Shown: positions 13,060 through 22,023 of the stretch, piece after piece
Layout of the letters: every line of letters begins with the position of its first letter
Position numbering within the stretch: position 1 is the stretch's first letter
Assembly (NCBI GenBank): GCA_030265395.1
Contig: JARFYF010000029.1
Location: 9,129,925 to 9,193,924 of the forward strand
Direction: 5' to 3'
DNA length: 64,000 nucleotides
Source of the DNA: Rhina ancylostomus
Taxonomy: Eukaryota
Notes under the pieces: generated by a model
The model's input: only the letters and a program-made list of their open reading frames with translations
What the model was told of the DNA's origin: nothing
The model's database searches: none
Translations under genes and position numbers: made by a program

Positions 13060-13352
13060 CTGCCTATCACTACCTCTTGCCTGCACTGCCTATCACTATC
13101 TCTCACTTGCTTCTGCTCTCCCCTCCTCCCCCGCACCTGCCTATCACCATCTCTTACCTGCAACTACTTATCACCACCTTGTGCCCACCCGAGCTCCCCT
13201 CTTTTGTCCACCTATCACTACTCTGCTCTTCACTCCTAAATATTGGGCTTCCCTCTTTCCTATCTTCAGTCCTGAAGAAGGGTCCTGATCCAAAACGTTG
13301 ACTGCCTGCATTTCTCCATGTATACTGCCTGGCCTGCTGAGTTCCTCCAGCA
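13060..13352 (+). mobile_element. Penelope-derived fragment inserted in the RTE
   Basis: Repeated cctatcac pyrimidine tract, then a hammerhead motif and tgcctggcctgctgagttcctccagca. Confidence 0.8.
13267..13304 (+). ncRNA. Decayed minimal type-I hammerhead ribozyme motif (Penelope-associated)
   Basis: cagtc-CTGAAGA-a-gggtc/ct/gatcc-aAAA-cg-Tt-gactg: stem I (cagtc/gactg) and stem II pair; GAAA>AAAA and TC>TT are CpG-type changes. Confidence 0.65.
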
Positions 13353-15387
13353 TCATCGTGGCTTTCATAACTTTCAGGGCAAATGGGAAACTGTCCAACC
13401 CACAGCAACTACAGCCCTGAACCAAGGTTGCCCAAACTCAGTGGCTGAATCACAGTTTGCAGATGGCTTGCATCTGTGCACACTTAGGTTTGAACTCAAT
13501 GCGTGGACTCATTCAGTGAAGCACATGAGAGGACGGGACTTGCTCTGAACATCTGCAAGATAAAGATCCTCTAGCAAACTGCCCCGCTGCGCCACGTTGC
13601 CCTTCTTCAAGAAAGGTTCAGGGAGAGATGCTGGAAAATATGGATCTCGTCCCATATCTCGGGAACCAGTTCTTGGTGAAGATAAACATCAATGATGAGA
13701 TTTGCCTTCAATGTGCCGGGGCAACCATTGGGCAATTGAGGAGAAAGGTGTTCAAAGATCAAATGGTGCAAAACTAGTAGTGTGCCAGGCAGCTGTGATC
13801 TGCAGCCTTCTGTATGATCTTCCAACTACAGAGACCTCACGGCATTGGAAAAATCAGTACTGCACTAGCACTGCCTTCACAAAATCCTCTCTACATTCAG
13901 CGGAAGAATAATGTCAGTACTCTTTCCTCACCAACATCTCCAGCATTGAAGTCCAGGTTACACTAAGTGGGCCAGGTTCAGCAGGCCCCATTGTTCACAT
14001 GCCAGATACCAATCTCTGGAAATGGGCACTCTATCCCAAGCTCCATCAGAGGAGCCGGGCAGAGAGAGAGATTCAAGGATGAGCTCAAAGCCTCCTTGAA
14101 AAAATGCATTGTTCCCACTAACTCTTGGGAACTTCTGACCCACGAGCACTTAAAGTGGAGAAGGAGCATCTGGGATGGTATTGAGAACCTGGAGTTCATG
14201 CATCAAGAGCACGCAGGAGCCTTGTGTAAACTGACTGCCCGCCCACCTTCTGCTTCGTTTGTGGAAGAGAGTCTCCGAGTTGGCTAATGGCTGACCTCAT
14301 TAGCCAACCTGGAGTCTAAAAAACTGAAATGGAAGCAAATCATCCTTGATCCCGCTGGACTGCCTGTGAAAGAAGAGGGGACAAGGTCTAAATGCTTCCA
14401 GTTAAATGCTGAGTGAATTCATATGCATGCCACTTGAAGTTCTTGCTGTTATTCAACACTGCGTCAGTTCGTAAAGATGTCAACAAGGGAGTACAGATAT
14501 CCTCTTCCAGCATTCTGTGATGTTGAGAGTTTTGGTAATTTTTTAATCATTTCTTAAAGTCTACGTCAGATTTGGTTAAGACTTTCAAAGCCTTCAATGA
14601 GTGCTACAATTATTGTAGGTGAGTAATAATATTGTGTGAGAAATTACAACTTTGCTTTTCGTGTGGGGTGTGACAGAATCTCATGTATCTTTTTGGATGT
14701 CATCCATAGCTCAGAGCTGTGCCTCCTGGGGAGAAATGCATGGGCATTGGGCATTACTGAGGTCCTGCCTCATTGTTTGAGGTGCCGTCTTTCAAATAAG
14801 GCACAAGCATTCACTTCATTTGGTTTTTGCAAAAAAAAACCCTTCAAACCAGCTTGCTGCTGTTCTCCAGGGTGCACACTAGGAAATGCCTCTGCTGTGT
14901 CACCACAAGATGAGACACAACAGGGGAGAGGTGGGACTTGAAGCCCTTGTTACACTCAGTAGGTTACATTGGGCAGGCCCCATCATTCACATACCCAACA
15001 CCAAGCTCCTGAAACAGGTGCACACTATCCTGAGGTCCGTCAGAGGGGGTGGGTAGGGAATAAGGGTTTTGGGTAACTCAGGTTTCTGTGGATTGTTATT
15101 GTTGTGTCTTCAAAGTGTTTACGCCTATTCTTGTAGTTTTTAAATTGGTTAAATAAAATGGTTTATCAGCACGTTCCTTTTAGAATATTGTTTGAATGTT
15201 TGGCACCCAGTTCAGTTTAGGCACTTGGCTTTAAACATTTCTGTGGGATTTATGGTCAGAGTTTTGCTCATCAGATGAGCTTGGCTGTGGGGGCTGCTGG
15301 AAGACCACCTCCAGTTGGGAGGCCACTGGTCAAGAAAGAAATGAGTGCAACAACCTCACCGTTCCTGAGAAATTCTGGGCTAAGACA

Positions 15388-15625
15388 TTGGGCGGTGCGG
15401 CTGGTTGAGTTGCTGCCTCACAGCTCTAGCGATGCAGATCCAATCCTGTTCTCTGGTGCCGTCTGTGGAGAGTTTGCACATTCTCTGTGTGACAGGAGCT
15501 CCAGTTTCCTTCCCCGTTCCAAAGATGTGCACGTTGGTTGATTAATTGACCACTGCGCCGAGTGTGTAGACGCGTGGTGGAAGCATGAGGGGAGTTGATA
15601 GAAATGTGGGCAGGATAAAACGAAC
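15388..15625 (+). mobile_element. V-SINE (HE1-like tRNA-derived SINE)
   Basis: tRNA-like head gttgctgcctcacagctctagcg; V domain gagtttgcacattctc...agtttccttccccgttccaaagatgtgc. Confidence 0.75.
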
Positions 15626-16374
15626 CTGGCACCTGATGATCAGGTTTTTCCTGCAAGTGCTGCCCCCTGTAATGTCAGTTTCTATTTCACCTTGCTACAC
15701 ACCTCACCCAGTTTGTGGTATATGCCCCTGACCCTCCAAACCACGTCCCCACCACCTGTAGGCTGAACCGATAGAGAATGGAACAGAAGATCATTTGGAA
15801 CAGTTGTGAAACAACGTGACCTCACGTGCTGGGATTCTCTTTGTCCAATTGGAACCAGTTGGAGAAGCCAATCATTCTGTGCACTGACATTCCTGCTGCC
15901 CAAGCACAGGGAGACTTTGATCTGTGTGACTCTTCTGCCTGGGATCAGCAGTGCTTTGAAGGACGGTCATTGGTAGACAATAAAGTTGCCAGTGACTCCC
16001 ACATCCCATAAATGTAAATCACCAGTCAGTTTGTCCATGGTAAAGTAGACAGGCTTTGTTTAACCTCATATGAGTAACATAGCAGCTTCTCTCAAAGTTA
16101 CACCTAGGAATCAACCTGGATAAGGTTCATTAGTTATACAATCTAAGTAGATCACTGGATCAGGTCATCCAGCCCATGTGCTTCTGTTGACTCTTTGGGG
16201 GGTGGGGAACAATTTACACACCAGCTCCACCCCTGTGGCTCAAGATTCTTTTCATGTTGAATATTTGTCTGATTTTCCCCTTTCAAAGTTACTATTGAGT
16301 TTGCTATCATCAACTTCTCTGGATTATAACTACTACAAAAAATAAAATTGCTTGCATGAAAAGATGAGGACATT

Positions 16375-16600
16375 TGAAATGGAAACAGGGGTATGTCATT
16401 TAGACTCCTGAGCCTGCACAATCTTCCTGCTGTCTCCCCGTACCCCTTTAATGACTCCACCTCCACATCTCTCCAGGGTAGACAATTCCAAAGAATCTCA
16501 GCCCCCTGAGAGAAGAAAATTCTTTCTCATTTCGCCTTTATTGTGAAACTGATCTTTCGTTTCTAGATACTCGCAGTCAGAGAAGCATTCTCTCAGTATT
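16375..16600 (-). mobile_element. CR1 LINE 3' fragment, old
   Basis: ccagggtagacaattccaaagaatctcagccccctgagagaagaaaattctttctcat is the reverse complement of the CR1 FFSxRVVxxWN region. Confidence 0.6.
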
Positions 16601-17504
16601 CAGTCTGTGTAAATCTTTTGCAACTGGAGCTTATTGAGTAGTGGAAGGGCTAAATGGCCCTGCTTTTGGTGTGTGTGCGCAAGCCCTGCTATCTGCCAGG
16701 GTCACAGTCAGAGTTTCCTCAGGCTGCAGTACAACAGCTGTAAAATCTGAGCTTGGTGGGTTGCAGAGATAATACAACACTGCTGCTCAGTAATCCCAGA
16801 TTTTGAGGTTATTGAAGGTAGAGTCAGTGATGTGAACAATTGGAGCTGAAGTATTTTTCATATTGCTTTGTCATCTTTAGATTGGGCTTTTCAAACTGAG
16901 CAGAGATTATGCTGACATTTACAAGGGAGGCTAATACCCTTGCATTTGTCCTGAAGTGCAACCTGACTTTTTAAATAAATGTTTCATTTCAAGTGCCTTG
17001 TCACAACATTATTATGTGTACTAAAGGGCTTGTCACTTCCCATCTAATCCCAGAAAGATGAGAGGGACTTTGCAATGAGACTTTCTGTGAATCAGCTGGC
17101 ATGTAAAATTACCTTCATTCTTCTAAAGTTTTAGAGGTTTAACTATCAGTAGAAAAGGGTGAGATAATATTCCACCATTAATTTGGAGGATTATTTTTGT
17201 CTAGATTCCATGCAGCTTGGTTTTGATCAAACACCACACTATTGCCCATTCAATAAAGCAGTTATTTTTAGTGTTCAACTCAAATTGAGTGGCTCTAGTA
17301 AGGTATCACCTTCTCATCCACCACTGAGGATGAACCTGAGTCACACAGTGCAAGACTGGGATAACTTGTAGAGTTTGTAGCTTCCTTGAACCTTATTGCT
17401 GAACCATTTGAGTTCTTATCACCTTCAAAATCACCTCTGCTAGTGCAGGGTCATATATAAGAGTTGCTGAATTTGCATTTTGTAACCTGCTATGCTGCAA
17501 TGTT

Positions 17505-17583
17505 TGTTTTAACAAAATAAACTTTATTCATAATAAAAGAAACTATATACAATAATAAAACAGTTCAAACCTTTACATTCGTG
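17505..17583 (-). mobile_element. Probable Tx1/L1-type LINE 3' terminus running into a gap
   Basis: Reverse complement ends ...ttattatgaataaagtttattttgttaaaac (polyA-signal terminus); the body is hidden by 100 N. Confidence 0.4.
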
Positions 17584-18249
17584 NNNNNNNNNNNNNNNNN
17601 NNNNNNNNNNNNNNNNNNNNNNNNNNNNNNNNNNNNNNNNNNNNNNNNNNNNNNNNNNNNNNNNNNNNNNNNNNNNNNNNNNNTTAGTAAGGTATCACCT
17701 TCTCATCCACCACTGAAGATGAACCTGCGTCACACAGCGTAAGACTGGGATAACTTGTAGAGTTTGTAGCTTCCTTGAATGTTATTGCTGAACCATTTGA
17801 GTTCTTATCACCTTCAAAATCACCTCTGCTAGTGCAGGGTCATAATAATTTGCATTTTGTAACCTGCTGTGCTGCAATGTTGGCCCTTTAGCTTCCTGGT
17901 CTTTGGGGTTTACACTACCAATGACTTGTGGCAGAGAACTCCACATTGTAAACCCTCTTTTATGTGAGGGGTTTATTTGCAGTCTATTTAAAACCCTTTT
18001 GCCAAACGAATCGACTGGTGTTTACTTTTCATCAACTCATTACTTTTTTTAAGCTATTTTGAAAATGATCTGGCTTTTCAAGTCCCTCGTTGTAACTGTG
18101 TTCCCTCTCTCTGCCATTTGCATTGCTTCCAATAACAGGTGCTGAAAACTGCACTAACTAATGATTTGGAAAGATCAACAGCTTTCTCTTTCCTGAGATT
18201 TGTTTTGAGTTTAAATAGAAAATCAAAGTTTCTGAAAGCAAGAAAAAAA

Positions 18250-18976
18250 CAATGCAGATGCCGAAAATCTGGAAAAAAATCTCAAAATGCTACAAATATT
18301 CAGCAGCTTGGGCAGTGCATATTGGAGGAGAAACAGTTGAAGTTTCAGGTTAAGGACCTTCATCAAAACTGATCCACATGTTATTAGAAAGAACACAACC
18401 AAAGGTCCTCAGCAAGTGTGGAGAGAGAGTCAATCATCCTTCATTTGCTCTGATTGGTTTATTATTGTCACATATATTGAGGTACAGTGGAAAAACTTTG
18501 TTTTGCATTGCATCCATACAGATCATTTCATTACAACAATGCAGTAAGGTAATACAAGGGAAAAGCAGTAACAGAATGTAGAATAAAGTGTTACAGTTAC
18601 AGAGAAAGTGCAGTGCAGGCAGACAATAAGGTGCAAGGGCCATGATGAGGTAGATTGTGAGGTCAGGAGTCCATCTTAACGTATGAGGGGGCTGTTCAAT
18701 AGTCTTATAACAAAAGATAGAAGCTGTCCTTGAGCCTGGTGGTACGTGCTTTCAGGCTTTTGTATCTTCTGCCCGATGGGACAGGGGAGAAGAGAGAGCA
18801 TCCAGGATGGGTGGGGTCTTTGGTTATGTTGGCAGCTTTATTGAGGCAGCGAGAAGAGAGGGTAATTGATCTGCAATGTTAGCTGTATCTCTCTCCACAG
18901 ATGCCGCCTGATTGGCTGTACATTACCAGTATTTTCTGTTTTTATTGGAGACTTCCAGTATCTGTAGTATTTTGCT
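18250..18976. mobile_element. Penelope-derived inverted arms (18250-18372 and 18866-18976) bracketing a Rex1 fragment
   Basis: tgcagatgccgaaaatctgg...tttcaggttaaggaccttcatcaaaact versus ctctccacagatgccgcctga...ttccagtatctgtag. Confidence 0.7.
18450..18858 (-). mobile_element. Rex1/Babar-type LINE 3' fragment
   Basis: attggtttattattgtcaca tail; gaagctgtccttgagcctggtggtacgtgctttcaggcttttgtatcttctgccc is the near reverse complement of 58415-58470. Confidence 0.85.
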
Positions 18977-19415
18977 TCACAAGAACCAAAAATTCTGTTG
19001 TGTTTAATGAATGACTCCTTAGCTGTTCAGCTTCTTCTGCTGTTCAGGACTTTACCATTTAAAATTTATCGCTTTTTCCTATTCTTTTTCCTTTCAAAGT
19101 GTTTTACTGCATGTTATTTTTATGATTTCTGCCTTACAGAACATTTCCTGCTTCCTGATTGCTATTGTTTTTCCGCTCCCATTCCTGGTGAACAGGGCAT
19201 CTTCTAACTTTGTCCTCGGTCCTTCATGCTGCTGAGGCAGGGTGGTAAGGGAGGGGAAGTGCTGTGCCCACAACCTGAAGTCACTGGGGGGATAAACTGA
19301 CCTCTGAGAATATCAGTGACCTCAGTTTTTAATTTTCCCGGAGAGAGGAATAAAACTTCTAAATCTTCCAGTGAAAATCACATCCACATGTTGCTTTTGC
19401 ATTTCTAATTAAATA

Positions 19416-19670
19416 CAGATGACCCCCACGTTACAGCACTTTTAAGTAATGGAAATTCACCCTTACAGAGTTCTCGATCACTACCAAAAATATACAGAAT
19501 AAAAATTTGCTCTTGAAGTTGCATGAGAAGAGAAAAAGTGAAGTAAATTTATTTTTTCACTGCTTGCATTTCTTGACACGTGCACAGATGACACGCCTTC
19601 ACATTACGGAAAGTCGCAAGAAGAACCGTTTTCTAGGAGTGCAATCCCCCTGTAACACCGAGGTCATCTG
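19416..19670. mobile_element. Tc1/mariner Tigger/pogo-type MITE, 255 bp
   Basis: 21-bp TIRs cagatgacccccacgttacag / ctgtaacaccgaggtcatctg (17/21 match), flanked on both sides by TA (19414-15 and 19671-72). Confidence 0.85.
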
Positions 19671-19809
19671 TATACTCTATTATATTTGGCACTGGCATGA
19701 TGCTATATCTGAAGCACATGGCATTCAGTTTGGTGTCAGCATATGAATCATAGTGACCAGAGCGCTATATTGTATTAGCTGGTCTCATCTGGGATTAGGA
19801 AGGGTGAAA

Positions 19810-20220
19810 CGTAGGAAAATTGGAGTGGGATCATTTGCCTCTCAAGCCTTCTCCGCAGTTCCATCTGGTCATGGCTGATGTGCTCCAGGCCTCATCTCTG
19901 CTGTGCCAGTCCTCCACAGCCCTCAATTCCCTGATCTTTCAAATATCTATCGACAACCTCTCTATCTACCGCTGATGATCCAGCCTCAACAACCTTTTGG
20001 GGTAGAGAATTCCAGAGATTCACCGTCCTCTGGGAGAAGTTGTTCCTACACATCTCAGTTTTAAATGACCACCCCCTAATCTATCTATCTCCCCTCGTTT
20101 GAGATTCTTCTACCAGTGGAAATGTGTCAACTGTTTTGCCCCCTCTGGATATTTTACGTTTCAATACGATTGCCCCCTCATTCTTCTAAACACCAAAGAA
20201 TACAGATCTAATTTAGATAG
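19810..20220 (-). mobile_element. CR1 LINE 3' fragment
   Basis: ggggtagagaattccagagattcaccgtcctctgggagaagttgttcctacacatctcagttttaaatg; cccctcattcttctaaac. Confidence 0.75.
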
Positions 20221-20320
20221 GAAAACAATGTAGGTCTATTTCTTCTTTGCTTGAGTGATTGTACTAATAGCTAAGATCCCTTGTCACTCTTCCCTGAATC
20301 TGATTCATTTCCTGAGGTCT

Positions 20321-20552
20321 AGATCCCGAGGGGTACGTTTTTTTTACTGAGAGAGTGGTGGATGCCTAGAACACTCATAGGGTGGAGGAGGCAAATTCAT
20401 TAGGGACTTTTAAGAGGGGCTTGGACGGGCACATGAATGAGAGGAAAATAGGGGGATATGGGCATTCTGTAGGTAGGAGGCAATAACTACGTCGGCACTA
20501 CATTCTGGGCCGAAGGGCCTGTTCTGTGCTATACTGTTCTATGTTCTATATG
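20321..20552 (+). mobile_element. CR1 LINE 3' end (younger family)
   Basis: ttttactgagagagtggtggatgcctagaac...gggccgaagggcctgttctgtgctatactgttctatgttctata tail. Confidence 0.85.
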
Positions 20553-20599
20553 CTGGACTTCAATGTGCCATGAAGTTTAACATTCTTTCCTGATACTAC

Positions 20600-21190
20600 T
20601 TCTCTATTTGGCCTATGATTCCCACAGATCAATGGGTTTGGTACATTTTTGCATGGAGACTTTGTGAACATCCTTGAAGCATTTTCTCATTATCTCTTGC
20701 CATGACAAGGTCTGGAGTAGGGTGTTTGCTTCAGGAACCTGGTGTCAGGCATGCAAAGTCATTGGAGGCATCTAATTCGAGCCTCGATGCTGGGAATTTG
20801 GCTCAGGAGAGGATGCTAATGTTGGTTGCCTTACCCTACAATTGGATTTGGAGGATTTTGCAGAGACAATGTTGGCAGTAGCTCATCAGTGTTTTGAGGT
20901 GCAAGGTCTCTGACCTGTACAGGAGGGCATGAGTCATTGCTGTATGGTGGACCATACTATTTGTGCTGAGTTTAAGGTCTTCAAACATTCTTTTCCTTCA
21001 ATGGCCATCAGTTGTGCTGGCACCCTGGTAAACTTCAGAGTTAATATCTGAGGGGTGGCTCCCAAGATGTGCAGACTGAGCCACCTTTTCCAGGGTTTTG
21101 TTGCAGATTTTTAATGTTGGACGTGTAGGTGTGCAACAAAGGTTGGTTGGTGGATCTTTGTTTTTTAGATGTTGTATGTAAGGCTCCAGT
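20600..21190 (-). mobile_element. RTE-clade LINE fragment
   Basis: catccttgaagcattttctc, ctcgatgctggga, ttggaggattttgcagagacaatgttgg mirror the plus-strand RTE at 13850-14090. Confidence 0.65.
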
Positions 21191-21589
21191 GACTTGGAGA
21201 ATTAAAATGACTGGCCTATTGCCCTTGACTCACCAGAGTTTAGAAGAATGCGAGGTGATCTCATTGAGTTATGCAAGACTCTGAGGGAGCTTGACAGGTT
21301 AGATGCTGAGAGACTGTGAGCCCAACTGGAGAGTTAACAGCCAGGAAGCACAGTCACAGGGTAAGTGTTCAGACTTCCTCTGTGGGTGCACATATACAGT
21401 ACAAGAGTCGTCTGTGTATCACACCTTGATCACAGATTTTGGAGCAAGCATGGTTGTGGAAAGGGAGACAACAGGGGCTGAACTACTGTGCATCCCATTC
21501 ATTCTGTAGACTAACTCCACTCCAGCAGGAGGAGAGGTAAAAACAAACTGCAGTAGGATTGAGAAGAGGTTGGAGGTGTGAGTGACTCA

Positions 21590-21840
21590 CTTGAGTGCTC
21601 TCTGTGTGAGTCTGCATGTCCTCCCTTGACCGGAGAAGTTTCCTCCTACATCTCAAAGACATGCACCTTGGTAGGTTAATTGGCCACTGTAAATTACCTC
21701 TCGTGTGTAGGTGACTGGTAGAATCTGGAGGGAGTTGATGGGACTCTGGGGAAAATAAAATGGGATCAGTAAATGGGTGCTTTATGATCAGCATGGACTC
21801 TGTGAACCCATTGACTGTGCTTCCTGGCTGTTCGCTCTGC
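21590..21840 (+). mobile_element. V-SINE (HE1-like)
   Basis: tttcctcctacatctcaaagac...ggtaggttaattggccactgtaaattacc...gatcagcatggactc. Confidence 0.8.
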
Positions 21841-21949
21841 AAATGGAGANNNNNNNNNNNNNNNNNNNNNNNNNNNNNNNNNNNNNNNNNNNNNNNNNNN
21901 NNNNNNNNNNNNNNNNNNNNNNNNNNNNNNNNNNNNNNNNNNNNNNNNN

Positions 21950-22023
21950 ATAGCTATGTCGGCACAACATTGTGGGCCGAAGGGCCTGTTCTGTGCTATA
22001 CTGTTCTATGTTCTATATGTTCT
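21950..22023 (+). mobile_element. CR1 3' tail emerging from a gap
   Basis: gtcggcacaacattgtgggccgaagggcctgttctgtgctatactgttctatgttctatatgttcta. Confidence 0.8.

Larger units (their letters stand above)
12805..14375 (+). mobile_element. RTE-clade LINE, decayed RT and 3' end
   Basis: gacctcactaaagcctttgat (DLTKAFD); C-terminus GQRERFKDELKASLKKC...WRRSIWDG in ORF 13967-14287; 3' end gaagcaaatcatccttgatccc...gaagag; interrupted by a Penelope piece. Confidence 0.8.
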
